64,000 nucleotides of DNA. It comes from Eledone cirrhosa (Eukaryota). The notes under the pieces are model-generated. The model was given only the letters and a program-made list of their open reading frames with translations, ran no database searches and was not told the DNA's origin. A program made the position numbers and the translations under genes. How positions within the stretch are numbered: the stretch's first letter is position 1; each line of letters opens with the position of its first letter. The stretch is from positions 1 through 64,000 of the forward strand of contig CAXHJY010001561.1 in NCBI GenBank assembly GCA_964016885.1, in the 5' to 3' direction. Shown piece by piece: positions 41,715 to 59,070 of the stretch.

Positions 41715-42250
41715 TATATACACACACACGTGTGTGTGCGTGTATTTTTCAAAAAAAAACATTACAAACCTCGAAGTGTTTCGTGTAAAGTCTGGCAGAA
41801 TGGGGAGAAAGATCGTTTTATATATTGTTTTATTTTATCATTGATTTCAATCAATCAAAAGCGGCCATGCTGGAGCACCAATTTGAAATGACCTTAGTTG
41901 TTAATATCGCCCGCAATATTTACTTCATTCAAATACTTATTTTATCGAACTCTATCCAATAACTAGGGACATCTTTTGGCGTAACGTAAAGGGGAATAAC
42001 TCCATGCATCTAGTCACACCCGCACACCCACTATCCCGTTGAGAACTCTGATAGCATTTTGATTAAGTCCGTAAAACAAAACTTCTACAACTGAATACAA
42101 TCGCGCACATGACGTTACACTTAGAATTGCCCAAACTACTTTTGGATCAGCAAATAAATTTATACTCAACAATCGATTATCGAACTGTTTTTTTTTTTTT
42201 TTTTCGATGATATCTCAACATACAATGTTGTAGACATACAACGAAACGAT

Positions 42251-42468
42251 TATGGTTTCTTATATAGGCACAAGGCCAGCAATTTTGGGGGTGGGGAAAG
42301 TCGATTAAATCGACTCCAGTGCGTGACTGGTACTTTATTTTATCGACCCCGTAAGGATGAAAGGCAAAGTTAACCCCGGCGAGATTTGAACTCAGATCAT
42401 AAAGGGCCGTAACTCTATGCTGCAAAGCATGGTGTCCGACTCTCTACCGATATTGCCAATCCACCGTC
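42251..42468 (-). mobile_element. SINE family A
   Basis: 15-bp TSD atacaacgaaacgat. Confidence 0.85.
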
Positions 42469-42603
42469 CTATACAACGAAACGATAATAAGGAGTCGGTA
42501 ATATATTTCCCTATTGAGTTCTTGAATGAACAAATTTTCCCAAGGATGGCCCCCTCTCTCTCTCTTTCTCTCTCTCTCTATCTATCTGTCTATCTATCTC
42601 TCG

Positions 42604-42657
<54 letters not shown>

Positions 42658-42950
42658 AAATGACCAGCTGTTTTCTGTCTCCGACAGGTTTGGGATGACC
42701 AAGACACGCCGTATCCGTATGTCAATTCGCAAAAAGATGAAACCAAATAATATACACATACCAGTTGAATACTGGGGTCGCTATAATTGATTTTTTTTTT
42801 TTCTGGAAGAAATGAGCTTTGTTCAGCCCTTGAGAGGGGATGGGCTCCCGACGACAAGTTTTTTAAAATGCTCAAGACACGCTGTATGTCACAACGGAGC
42901 CCCTTCGACCCCATCAAGAGCTACGGATCCATGCATACATACATCATAAC

Positions 42951-42983
<33 letters not shown>

Positions 42984-43032
42984 CGTGTGCGTGTGTGTAA
43001 GCGTGTGCGTGTGTGTGTGTGTAAGCGTGTGC

Positions 43033-43063
<31 letters not shown>

Positions 43064-44936
43064 CGTGAAGAAAGAGAGAGAAAGGCAGACAGATAGATGA
43101 TATATATAGATACTAATATTGTTGATAAACATTGAGATGTGTGTTGTCGATTGCTGTCCACCCACGTGATATCCCCATATTGATTATAGAGATAGTTTAG
43201 AATAACATCTAGGTGATAACACTAGCGACAGGCGGTGAAATGGATTCCGTACGAAGTAATAAATCTGTATTATGAGATGGTTACGTCTTTCTTCATAAAC
43301 CTTATTAATTAAGAGATGGACAATTGCATTACGATATTTAGTTGTTGATGTTGTTGTATAGATTCAAACCAGCCCTGATTGACCAGACCAGACCTATTAG
43401 AAAAGTCACTCCAGCCACGACTATCTCATCTCTGTTTCAGACAGTATCTATTTTCTGGGGTTTTTTTTAAAGATAAGGTGTTATTTGAAAGGGACTTTGC
43501 TGCTATTTTTAGCAGGTTGAGCAACCACATAGCGGCTTTCTTGTTGCCTCGGCAATTTCTAGTTATATTCCTTTATGTTCCGAGTTCAACTCCTCCCGAG
43601 TAATCTTTGCAGATTACCTTTTTTTTTATCACCCTCCACCAGCCCGAGTTTCCTCAGAAATATTAGTCGTTGTGGTTTAGCACATTAACTCCGATCAAGT
43701 AGACTTATTCCAAAAGACATTCCATCCGTGAAAATCCCGTTTCATTATTTATTTTTTATTTTTTTTTTTGTGGAATAATGTACCCTAGCTTACATTATCC
43801 AATATTCCTCCTTTTTTAAGACGGTGCTATTTGTGGGACGGTGGGAAGATTTGACTGCTATTTCTAGTATATCGAACAAATGGAATCGTTTCAGCTGTAA
43901 AATATTAGGTTCGGTCTAACATAGTCACTCTCCCAAAATATCAAGCCCTGCACCAATAACACCAATATCAAAAATCCTTTTCAATCAGTTGTAGAAAGGG
44001 AGGAATCCAGGTCTAAATCCTCTATCCTATTTAGTTACCGTCCCATTACATCTTTATAAATATCATAAAATCTATAAATTGAATATCAGATCTGGTTGTA
44101 GGACCCAAGTTATGGACCTCTTTGCTGTGGGCCCTGGAAACTGATCACTAATCCCTGATCTGGATCAAGCGAACGACAAAGATCTAAGACAGCAACATTA
44201 TCATACGCAACAAGAAGATCTGGCTGTAATTGTTTTGATAGACACTGAGCCCGACATATGGTCAACGGCATCTGTTTGATTTTTATAGGTTTCCTGGGAA
44301 ATTATACTAAATTATTTTCTGTATAGTTTTCCTGAAAAATTATGCTATATTATTTTTCAGCTGTTTTCTTCAGATTGTTAAGAATTCTATTAATTTTATA
44401 AGCTGTATAAGTAGAAGTTGGAAACTATGTCTCACCCAAGGGATTTTGTTACCTAAATAAAGTGAAGTAGCTCAAATCAAAAATTGAAATAGTTTCGCAC
44501 AGTAGACACGTTGGGATTATACTTTCAACTTTACATCATCCGTCTGTAATTAATAGAGCAAACATTAATTGTTTGTCGTTAAGAGACATGTGTCGAAAAG
44601 GCAATAAAAATCTAACAAATAGTGGTGTCATATAATTTCAATTTGGAAGCTAAAAGTCATCTGGGGTCAAGTCACTATTTGTTATGTAAGGTGAAACATT
44701 CAAAGTAGGAGGTATTTTGACAAGTACTCATATAAATGCTGTCATGAAGGAGCCAGATACAGAATAGCCCTGCGATATAAAAGGGACGTAAGGATATCGT
44801 GATGTGTTATCACGTTATCACTATTTTGGTATTTTGCAACATCATGTTACTAAAGCAGGGTGATTCAGTAATTTTGTAATTCAATCAAATATTACGCGAT
44901 AATAAGCTATAGCTTTAAGGGATCGCAATCTCGTTG

Positions 44937-46850
<1,914 letters not shown>

Positions 46851-46888
46851 ATATATATATATATATATAAATATATATATATATAAAA

Positions 46889-46921
<33 letters not shown>

Positions 46922-46993
46922 TATATATAAATATATATATAAAAAAATATATATATAAATATATATATATAAAAATATATATATATATATATA

Positions 46994-47031
<38 letters not shown>

Positions 47032-47045
47032 TATATATATATATA

Positions 47046-47092
<47 letters not shown>

Positions 47093-47522
47093 GTGTGTAC
47101 ATGAAATGTGTGACTTTTAGTGCAGTGGATAGGGAATATTGAAATGACCGAGCATTTGCCGAGATAAATGAAGTTGTAGATAGTGAGAATATGTTCAACA
47201 TGTGTGTGTATGTACTCGTAACGCCTGATGGAGTCGTAGGGGAACAGTCGAGACATACCGCGACTCTTGGACATTTTAAACCTGGCAGAACCCATCTCTC
47301 TCCATAGCCGATTTCTTCCAGAGAATGAGGGAGAGGAAATGTAAGAGAAATGTAAGGAAATGTAAGAGAAATGTAAGGAAATGTAAGAGAAATGTAAGAA
47401 AAAAAAAATCGCCCTTAGTACTTGACTGGTGTTTTATTTATCGACCTCGAAATGATGAAATACAAAAGTGACGTCGGCTGGACTTGATCCTAGATGCAGC
47501 GAGCCTGAACGAATATCATAAT

Positions 47523-47708
47523 TGTTTCTACTTTTAGGCACAAGGCCAGCAATTATCCAGTGCATTACTGGTACTTTATTTTATCGACCCCGTAAGGATG
47601 AAAGGCAAAGTCAACCTCGGCGGGATTTGAACTCAGATCGTAAAGGGACGTAACTATGCTGGAAAGCATGGCGTCCGACCCTCTACCGATACTGCCAATG
47701 CACCGCCC
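47523..47708 (-). mobile_element. Young SINE A nested in an older SINE A
   Basis: 17-bp TSD tgaacgaatatcataat. Confidence 0.88.
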
Positions 47709-48129
47709 TTGAACGAATATCATAATGCATTCTAGCCGATGTTCTAACCACTCGGCTAAGAACGATCAAAAAGTTAACTGTTTTCCCGTCAGTGAGAATA
47801 AAATGCTAGTCAACCGTTTCACCAACCCATAAACCTATGAATCATTTTAGTCTCACTGTATGTGTGTGGACAAGTGTGCATGTGCTTGGGTGCGTTTTCA
47901 AACGTCTGTGTGCGTGTACTTGTGTGCGTGTACTTGTGTGCGTGTACTTGTGTGCGAGTAAGTGCACGTTTGTGTGTGTTTGTGGGTGTGCATGTAGGTT
48001 CGTGCCAATGTATGCACAACTAAATTTCTAAACCTAAGCGCATGCATTTATATATGAATGTATAATTGTATATATTATATAGTGGTCTCTATATATGTGC
48101 GTGCGTGTGTGTGTGTGCGCATGTTTTTG

Positions 48130-48170
<41 letters not shown>

Positions 48171-48202
48171 GTATAATGTATACATTTACAATGCATATGC
48201 AG

Positions 48203-48342
48203 CAGCATAGTTACGTCCCTTTACGATCTGAGTTCAAATCCCGCCGAGGTTGACTTTGCCTTTCATCCTTACGGGGTCGATAAAATAAAGTACCAGTAAT
48301 GCACTGGGTAATTGCTGGCCTTGTGCCTAAAGTAGAAACAAT
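48203..48342 (+). mobile_element. SINE family A, 5'-truncated
   Basis: Near-identical to the 3' part of 720-905. Confidence 0.85.
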
Positions 48343-48441
48343 TATATATATATATATATATATATAATGAAAGAATAAAGACTAACACGGATAAGCTATA
48401 CAGTAGGGTTTATAATATATATATATATATACATAATGTAT

Positions 48442-48522
<81 letters not shown>

Positions 48523-48897
48523 CATATGAACTGTTGACCTTTCAACATGACTGCAATTCACACACACATCCCTACTGACCATTATCACAACAATGAACCT
48601 CTTTACTACACACACACACACATATTTGTTTTAAAAGACTTATTTTTCAGTGACTTCTCAATCAGGCGAAAAAGGACACTCTTCGACAAACCTACATTTG
48701 GCGCAAAATCAATTTTTAACATTCACGTGACCTCTACCGACCAATCAAAATTGTTTTGACCACAAGAATTTTTGCAACATGAATTAGCGCGAAACTTATT
48801 TTAATACCTCTGGAGCCACTTTTTTCACATAAAACAGGTAGAATTTCCAAAACTAATCAGATTAGAGCAAACATCACGGGCGCTCTATCTCAACATT

Positions 48898-48935
48898 ATT
48901 TTTGAAAAGCATTAGAAATGCGCAACCGGTAAAAA
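48898..48935 (+). ncRNA. Degenerate U3-A8 hammerhead
   Basis: ttt-TTGAAAA-gcat tagaa atgc-GCAA-ccgg-TA-aaa, with GAAA mutated. Confidence 0.45.
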
Positions 48936-49073
48936 CTTAAAACTAACCAATACTTATTACTAATTTTTACTTATTCCTAATTAAACTATTTTTCACTGGG
49001 AACAATTTGTCAGCATTTTCTTTTCCTTTTACCAATATATCACAAATCGTGTGTTACACCTCTATTCTTTTAA

Positions 49074-49165
<92 letters not shown>

Positions 49166-49317
49166 ATAATAATAAATTTGAAGACTAAAATCCGGTTGCA
49201 ACGTTTTTTGAAATATCCAGTTCTGCGTTTACAGATTGACTTTGTTAGTTTCAGAAGATCCCGTTAAGGGTGAAAGCAGCGATTCTTTGCTTAAACTTTA
49301 ATCTGTTATTTTAATAA

Positions 49318-49361
<44 letters not shown>

Positions 49362-49940
49362 TGTAATTTTGTATGTTTTCGGCGAACATGTGTACCAATA
49401 AACAATAAAACAAAAACATCACTCGTGATATATTTCGACTGTCACTCATAGCAAATGTTATAGAATGTCCACTTCTATGACAGTCATATAATCTTTTCTC
49501 TAGATATGTGATAGCCATGAATTACACCTTGAATGTTGTTCTATACAACTCTGTGACATTCGCAGTGTATTCAGTCAAAGCTTTCCAATGACCCCCACTA
49601 ACCGAATCAAATTAATTTACTGGGAATATTTCCCTATGTATGTCTCTTCATTTTTCACGTCTAGCTCTTTATTTGAGTATATTTTTTTTTATTTCAAATG
49701 ACATGACATCCCAGTATGGCGTAGTTTCTTTTGGCGCTTTGTTTGTTTGTGATTTCCACCATAAATTATTCAAAATATTATGTACCAAAAGCAAAGGGGA
49801 ATAAATACTAAGCAACACTTCGTGTTCTAGTTTTGGTTTTTCTGGGTATTTTTCTATTGACATAGATTTGTGTCTAAAAAGCATCTAGGGGGGTCCTTAA
49901 TTTCATATACAAATATAACGTATATGAATACGTGTATATA

Positions 49941-50110
49941 ATTGTTTCTACTTTGGCACAAGGCCAGCAATTATCCCAGTGTATTACTGGTACTTTATTT
50001 TATCGACCCCGTAAGGATGAAAGGCAAAGTTAACCTCGGCGGGATTTGAACTCAGACCGTAAAGGACTGTAACTCTATGCTGCAAAGCATGGTAGCCGAC
50101 TCTCTACCGG
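49941..50110 (-). mobile_element. SINE family A
   Basis: Central domain and B box on the minus strand. Confidence 0.8.
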
Positions 50111-50369
50111 TATAATGGCTACATCAGTTTCGAGAATTGTCATCCTTTGGCCTTTTTCTTATACATTGTCTCTGATCGAGACGAAGCCTCGATCAGAGAC
50201 AACAATTTACTTTAACTTTATCATAGCTATCATTAGCTTTCTATTTAGGATAGATACCACAGCTTGAGGTCCACTATGTTGTTATTTTCTTTTCTTTCTT
50301 TCAATTAATACAAAACAAGGAAGATATATATATATTATATAGGATGTATATTGATATGTTTGGAAAATA

Positions 50370-50408
50370 GTCTTAACATTTCGGACATTAGTCCTTCATC
50401 GAAAGATA
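50370..50408 (-). ncRNA. Degenerate hammerhead (P4)
   Basis: tcttt-cgatga-a ggac taat gtcc-GAAA-tgt-TA-aga. Confidence 0.4.
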
Positions 50409-50639
50409 GAATGGGAGGGAGAGGGAAGAGAATATGTTTGAGAAGGAGAAATATAAATGAGAAGATAGGCGAGGGTAAGAAAGGAAACGGGGAAGAAGTG
50501 TGAGTAGGAGAGAAAGTAAGAATGAAAACGAGTGAGGGGGAAACAAAAGAGAGGAACGGAGGAGTGGGGAGAGAAAGACATTGAGTGGGAGGAAAAGTAG
50601 TGGTGAGACGTGGGATATTGGTGTAATGCCTATTAATAT

Positions 50640-51172
50640 GCATGTGGGTATGTGTACATGTGTGTGTATGTGTATGTGTGTGTACATATGTGTGCACGTG
50701 TACATGTGTGTATGTGTGTGTACATGTGTGTATGTGTACATGTGTGTGTATGTGTACATGGATGTGTATGTGTGAATGTGTACATGAGTGCGTACATATG
50801 TATGTATATGTGTATGTATACATGTGTGTGTATGTGTACATGTGTATGTATATGTGTATGTGTACATGTGTGTGTATGTGTGCATGTATATATATATGTA
50901 TGTGTGTATGTGTACATGAGTGTGTATATGTGTATGTGTACATGTGTATGTATGTGTGTATGTGTACATGTGCATGCATATGTGTATGTGTACATGTGTA
51001 TGTACATGTGTATGTGTACATGTATGTGTACATGTGTATGTATATGTATATGTAAATGTGTACATGTGTGTGTATATGTGTATGCGTACATGTATGTGTA
51101 CATGTGTGTGTGTATGTGTACATGTGTATGTATATGTAAATGTAAATGTGTACAGGTGTACATGTGTATGTA
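50640..51172. repeat. TG/TACA compound microsatellite
   Basis: Direct reading. Confidence 0.92.
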
Positions 51173-51497
51173 ACTGTGTGCCCGTGTAAGAGTAAGTATT
51201 TTATTTATTGTTTTATTGTTTCCACTAATGAGAGCTTGTCTCAGCAGACTGTTCAATCATTTTCTTCTTCCTGTCCAAATCCTAAATAATTCTAATCTCT
51301 TTGCCATCATCAATCCAACATACCAACAACCTATCCTATGTTTTCAGACTAGAAAAGAAAAATTACCTGGCGTCAACCTGGCATGAGGTGGGTTCTATTT
51401 TTAGACCCAATTGGTTCAACTATTACTTAAAAGTCGGAGAAATAGGATTTACTTCCCTTTTTTATTATTTTCGTATTTGTTATTTTTTTCTATTTAA

Positions 51498-52172
51498 GGG
51501 CGGGTGATTGGTAGTATCGTTAGATGTTTTGCAGCATAGAGTTACGGCCTTTTATGATTTGAGTTCAAATCTCGCCGAGGTTAACTTTGCCTTTTGTCCT
51601 TACGGGGGTCGATAAAATAAAGTACCAGTCACGCTCTGGAATCGATTTAATCGACTTTTCCCTCCCTCATAATTGCTGGCCTTGTTCCCTATACTAGAAA
51701 TCATAATTTTTTCTATTTAAGGGCGATGGATTGTTAGTATCGGTAGAGGGTCGGACGCCATGTTTTGCAGCATAGAGTTATGGCCCTTTATGATCTGAGT
51801 TCAAATCCTGTCGAGGTTAACTTTGCTTTTCATCCTTACGGGGTCGATAAAATAAAGTACCAGTCACGCTCTGGGATCGATTTAATCGACTTTCCCCTTC
51901 CCCCAAATTGATAGCCTTGTGTCTATATAAGAAACCATTATTTTTTCTATATAAGATGCTGGTGGATTAGCAGAATCGTTAGAGTGTTTGACAAAATGCT
52001 TTCAGGTAATTGTTGCAACTCTTTAAGTTCTGACTTTAAACCACGCCGACGTAAACTTTGGATATCATCCTTTCGGGGTCAATAAAATAAAGTACCAGTC
52101 AAGTACTGGGGTCAATTTAATCGACTTTACCCTTCCTTCAAAATAACTGCCCCTGGACCTAAAGTTTAAATA
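51498..52172 (+). mobile_element. Three tandem, mutually diverged family A SINEs
   Basis: Each is bounded by ttttctat(t/a)ta, near 51485, 51708, 51943 and 52176. Confidence 0.8.
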
Positions 52173-52772
52173 ATATTTTCTATTTATTTTCTAAAACCAA
52201 ACCGCTTTTTACTAAACGAATGTAATCGTGATTGAAAGGATACTGATTTCTTCAATACTTCAATGCATCAACTGATAAGCCCAGTTTGTATTCAACGGAG
52301 GACTTAGCTTGAATCTGGCACCAGAGCCAATCCCGGTCCCTGGACATTGTCTATTAACATGCTAGAAATAGCAGCTAGATTACAAAAAAATACGAGACAC
52401 ATTCGATAATAGATTATTTGGAAAATTAGATGGTGGGAATATCTGGAACGCCTATGATCATATAAATTACTGAGTTCAAATCAACGCTGGGTACAGTCTC
52501 GCAAAGAGGCGATTTCGGATTTGATCATACGTGAATTTTAGTAGCAATTTCTATTTTTCTCTTTCATACACACTGTTATTGGATAGGTGTTGGGAAGGAC
52601 AGTATATCATGGTGGCGCTCTAATAGCAATAGAAAGAATAGAATACAATCAGCCTTAAGCTGATCTTTGTTTCATATGAGCGCTATTGGTCATTTGAGTT
52701 TAGTTGACTCCTCGGTGAACTTTTCTACTTATTTCAATAGATTATCACCACACCTCTCTATCTCCCCTCTCT

Positions 52773-52948
<176 letters not shown>

Positions 52949-54448
52949 TTATCTGACCAAACATTTAATCTACATAAATACATCCACGTACTGTTCACGA
53001 AATACCCACATTATTCTGAGTGACGTTCCGCCATTTAGATTCCATTGTCTTACAGAGAGGATTTCTATCACATGACTCTTTTATACAGGTGTTTAAATTA
53101 AACAATCATTGCAGGTGTTCTAGCTTTGTATTGCCATATGTTTTCAGTAATCTTATTTTTGAATTTGTAGTTTATAGTAAACTGTAGCCAGCAGCTTGTT
53201 TTTCTACCTATGTTGTTGATCATTCAACATACAATTTTGCTAAGAAACACTTCTTTTACTTGCTTCACTGATTGGAATGTGATCAAGCTAAGTCCTCAAT
53301 AGTCTTCGTAAGTTAAAACGGTAACTTTGGTTGTGACATAAATGAACTTATGATATATTGTGAATGATATTGTGTAATCGGAAATTCTTGGAAAACCGTT
53401 TGATGGTCTGTACCTACAACTCAAAAGGTCAGCCATGTCATGTCATGTCATACACTGTCACGCAAAATTACGTTATGGGTACACGTATCTATTGAATGCT
53501 CAGACACTTACATGAGAATGTAATGAGCAGACTGTTTGTTTATCGAACAACTGGAACACTCATCGTCGAAACTGATGGAGATATATCGTAATTTCTGTTA
53601 TTAGTAAAATAAATATTATTTAAACCAATCTTTATTCAAATTCCATCACCTTTTAAACTTCCAGAGCCGATAACATATATTCTAGGTAAGGACTGGTTTT
53701 AGGTAACAGAAATACTTTGCGTGTTCAATCTCACCGAGATCAACTTTGCTTTCCATCCTTCCGGGATCGATCAAATATAATACCAGTTAAGTATTGGAGT
53801 TAATGACATCGACTTTCCATTTCCCCACAAATTGTTGGTGTAGTGTCTAAATTAAAAACCAATATTAAGTAGGAGAGCTGAGTAGCATCAGAAAAAGTGG
53901 AGGTTGAGTAGCCAAACCTGTTGCGAGCATTGAGCAAATGCAGCTGACGTCACAAAAACTTTCTTGACGCCATTTTGTGAATTTTCTCAATCTGCTGAAA
54001 ATAACAGCCAAATCTCAGTCAATCTATATAATTTAGTACCTTTAAAAGAAAGGTAACGTAATGTGAGATACACTATATCGAGTGGGAAATGACAAGATAG
54101 TTACGGCTGATATACGTTCTATCATACGTCTGCTCGACTAGTACTGATCTATGGCTAAACAAAACAACAACATAAGGTAAATAAACAATAGTAGAAGGTA
54201 TTTTGATTAGGAAAATTTTCTTTTCGTTAGTGTAGACTGTCTATTTGTTTATTTGTTGTTATTTTTTGTTGTTTTTTTGCTTGCCGGTTTCCTTTTTCTT
54301 CCTATTTTTAAAGAAATAGATACGTACGTTGCGTGCTGATGCAAATGATCCGAGTCTACCCGTGTTAATACATCACGTATCTTCGTGAGTGGAAGCAAAT
54401 ATGAATATCTGGTGAGTATTTCTTTGAGTCTCACTCTTATATATCTAC

Positions 54449-54504
<56 letters not shown>

Positions 54505-54744
54505 AAATATTAGAGTATTTAGTGATATGGAATGCTTAGAAAATGTAGAAAAATCTCGAATGTAAGAAAAACTGTGAACTCAACTTAGAAAATTGTGTGA
54601 TATACGCCAGAAAGCAGAAAAAAGTTGTGTTGAGGCCCATCTTTTTCCATTTAGTTGGTTTAAACACCGCGTTTTTATTAGACTACTTTATTTAGTCAAA
54701 GTTACGGCGAAATCTTTTAATTCAATTTTCAAATTCCACTTGCA

Positions 54745-54812
<68 letters not shown>

Positions 54813-54877
54813 ACTGTAACCATACCGTGTTTCTTTAAAAATACGAAATTTCTATATACACACACACAGACACACAG

Positions 54878-54927
<50 letters not shown>

Positions 54928-55033
54928 CAAGGAGACAACAAACAGGGGTACAAACATTCTTATTAGTTTCACGCTTTATATTGGAAAGAGGATACATAGA
55001 TATATAGCTAGATAGAGAGAGACAAACAGACAT

Positions 55034-55112
<79 letters not shown>

Positions 55113-56010
55113 GATAGAGATCTTTTACGTTAAGTTGAAAAATTACAATGAAATGTTAATTTCGTGTGTTACTATTCCCGGTAGCAGAGCGTATACTCAA
55201 TACGTAGGGCAGTTAGATGATACGTGGCTACATAATTGAACACATGCGATGTACGCCTGCACCAGTAACACGTCACAATGTAAGTGACCAGCTATTTGTT
55301 TTGATAGGAAAACGTTTGTCTTTCCAGAAAGTTCAACAATCATGTGATTTACGTCTCCGTCATGTACGTGTAGTACATAGCAATCATATCCACCATTACT
55401 ACTACCACCACACCACACCACACCACCATTTTTATCAACTACCATCAGCACCACTACTGCCATCATCAGCACCATAACTACCACTATTATCAATACCGCC
55501 ACTACTACCACATAATAGTAACATTACCGCCAACCAAATATCACTATCAACATCATTATCGCCATAACCACAAACACTACAAATACCACCACTTTTCATA
55601 GGATTAAAATCGGAACCTGAAAAAGTAATGTCTTCGGTGTAATTTTAAATCTTTGTGTATTTTATTCCGCCCTATTCTCCACAGGACTACTAATATCTCT
55701 TTTTAGATATCTATGTCTCACTGTGCTGAACTGTTATTTCTCATTGTTAAACTGTAATATACATCGAAACATGCAAATTAGTTTATTTTAATTCTTATCT
55801 GCGTCACACTTTTTTCATCTCTCTCTCACACGCACACACACAAACACTCGTCTGTATATGTGTGTGTGTAGTGTTTGTGTGTATAAGAAAGGTTTGTTTT
55901 TCCACACGGGCAAACATGTAGAGAAAAGAACTCTAAGAAAATTGATTTACAATACCTTTAACGATTTAGGGTCTGTTACGGCATAGCTCCACGTTCTTTT
56001 CATTTCACTT

Positions 56011-56049
56011 AACATTTGAAAATCAGGAAATTGCGAAACCGGTAAAGTT
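56011..56049 (+). ncRNA. Degenerate U3-A8 hammerhead
   Basis: aacat-TTGAAAA-tcag gaaa ttgc-GAAA-ccgg-TA-aagtt, between TG and CA tracts. Confidence 0.5.
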
Positions 56050-56086
56050 ATTGTAAATAAATCTTAAAGACACCAAGTGCACTTTC

Positions 56087-56184
<98 letters not shown>

Positions 56185-57269
56185 ATTAAAGTTTTCGCTC
56201 CGACATAGCTGTATATATATAAGTATGTTAATTTTGTATATCTAATGATATACGGTATGGTTACGAATAAACATTGGGAAAGCTCTTTAGCTGTGAATAT
56301 TGAAAAGCTGGCGATTAGCGCCGTCTAGCGCATTTCAGAAGCAACGTGAAATGAAATGCTTTGCTCAAGAACACAACTCAGTTCAGGAATCAACCCAACG
56401 ACATTATCGTAAGAATTTGGGGTCAATTTTATATATACAGTGTGGGAGACAACAAACCTTCAGAAAAGATTTGTCCTCTTTACTATCTGTTGCTTGATAT
56501 GATGAGAAATAACACCCTAATTTCCTATAAACTATATCCACAGACTTTAAAAGAGAGTGATACATTATATAAAGTATGTATAGAACCGCAACTCTTGATA
56601 AAGTCGTAGGGGTGCCGTATTGACATACGGTGTTTCTTGGGTATTTTAAGCCTGGCGGAGCCCCATCCCTTTCCAGACTTGGGGACAGCAGATTTCTTCC
56701 AAAAAATGATAGAAAGCGAGAGAGAGAGAGGAAAGGAGTAAGAGATATAGAGGAATAATCGACCCCAGTACTATACTGGTACTTATTTATCGACCTGGAG
56801 AGAATGAAAGGCAAAGTTGACCACGGTGGGATTTGAACTCCAAGAGCACTGAGCCGGAACGAATACCATAAAGCATTCTATCTGACGTTCTAACGACTCT
56901 ATCAATTCACCGCCTTTAAATTGACTATAACCATTCCTCAAAGTTGTGCTTTTGTGCCAAAATAAGGAAACGTAATTATTACAGGTTAGATATGCACCAA
57001 AGTCTTTTCTAACCTTTTATCCTTCCAGAATCGATATAATCGATTTTTCCCCTCTCATCAAATTTATGGTCTTGTTCCTATTTCAGGAATCATGACTATG
57101 GCAGTGGGTCTCGGCAGAAACGGTAGAGCACTTGACAGAGTGTCTTGTAGAATATAGCTGGGTTAATTTAGGCTCTGTGTTTAAAATCACAACTTTATAA
57201 GACATATAGTGGAGTTGATCTAATCGGCCCTACCGCTACAGAGAGAGAGAGAGAGTGTGTGTGTGAGAG

Positions 57270-57304
<35 letters not shown>

Positions 57305-57854
57305 AAGAGAAAGAGAAAGAGAAAGAGAGAGAGAGAGAGAGAGAGTTTAGAGGCTTTGCACCAATGTAAAACAAGCAGTCAAATCATGCTAAATTCACTC
57401 CCTATTGCCCACCAAAAAGGAAGGACACATTGAATTATGTAGTTTTATAAGACATATAGTGCCAATTCGTCGCCTACATTATATAATACAGTGAAAGATA
57501 AAATATCTAAATAAAAGATTGGATGGCGATCGTCAAAATACATATTAATGTAGTTCTTTTGATGACTGTTGACCTGAGGTTAAACATGTATAACAACAAT
57601 TTCAAATTTCTCACAAAAAGATTCTACAATGTATTTTGTTTCTTTCGAATTCATTACTTTTGTGCATGTCAGCTTCATTTTAATTAATAATTAATTTGTT
57701 TCAATTATTTCATAGCTTTAATATCGAAAATATTACTGACAAATTTGCTTCACATATGATGAGAAAAGTTTAACCTCATAAACTTTGCACTCATTACAAT
57801 TATTCAATTAAAAAGTTTATACATACACACACATATACACAGACAGACAGACAG

Positions 57855-57909
<55 letters not shown>

Positions 57910-57930
57910 ACAGGCACAGACACACACACA

Positions 57931-58110
57931 TACAAAGGTGAGCTGAAAAGTTCATAGGCTGACTTTGAAAATGGGATGCTAGAGCTGTGAAATCTTGCAT
58001 GCTTTCATTTCAATTCTTCTTATTAACAACAACTGCATTGTTTCTTTCCAGGGACTATGTTGAAAAATAAACCTCATTTGGTAATTTCATGAGAGTATCT
58101 TGGTCAGTCA
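57931..58110 (+). mobile_element. Possible Tc1/mariner terminal fragment
   Basis: tacaaaggtgagctgaaaagttcataggctgac resembles mariner TIRs. No clear partner TIR was found. Confidence 0.35.
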
Positions 58111-58120
58111 ACCTTTATAT

Positions 58121-58321
<201 letters not shown>

Positions 58322-58410
58322 CACACACATACACACACACATATATATATATATATGTGTGTTCTCTTTTTCGTGCAATGGCCATACTCGATAACGAGGG
58401 GGCAGCCATC

Positions 58411-58445
<35 letters not shown>

Positions 58446-58519
58446 TATACATACATGCACACATGTGCGCGCACACGTAAATGTGTGTGTCTTCATGTAT
58501 GTATTTATATAGAGTTATA

Positions 58520-59070
58520 TCCTTAACCCCTTGTCCATCAGATTCTGTGTCACTCATCAGTCTGTCCACTCTCGCAATGTCTGACTTCTAACTGCCATCG
58601 GTTTTGTATCAAGTCTTTATGTTATCTTCATTTTGTCAGCTTAGCTGATTACCACCATGATGTTTCAACATCAGCGTCACTCTCGGTATTCTACCGCCAT
58701 TCGTTCTTAATATATGAGTCATCCATTGTAACCTTCTTGTTCTCAACATTAGCCTTAGTTTCTACAGTCCTGTTCCCTCGAGAATTTCAAAATCAGTTAT
58801 TAAAACCCTTGTATTTCACATACAGAATACAACGGAGGCACCTTTAATGAAATAAATTTAGTCTTTTCTCGTTACATTTGTAAAGTTTCTTAGTTTCACT
58901 GCTATAGAAAAGAATCGACAGGGTTTTGAATGCTGATGTTTAATTTTAGTTTCCATGAGTTAACCCAGTCCACCAAATGTTCCTTCAGCTTCCATCTGTA
59001 GGTATTCTACTACCCAAGTAGGTTATATAGGGTACATTTTCAAAGTCTTCATCATTTACTGGTATCTTTA
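58520..59070 (-). mobile_element. Decayed RTE LINE, RT C-terminal region
   Basis: Translates to FENVPYITYLGSRIPTDG and EILEGTGL*KLRLMLRTRRLQWMTHILRTNGGRIP. Confidence 0.8.

Noticed and set aside
49252-49290. Hammerhead-like cagaaga-tccc..aggg-t-gaaa
   Set aside because: The core is mutated and stems I and III are not convincing.
50166-50202. 15-bp-arm hairpin as terminator or ribozyme
   Set aside because: The context is eukaryotic and there is no CUGANGA/GAAA core. It is probably a small fold-back.
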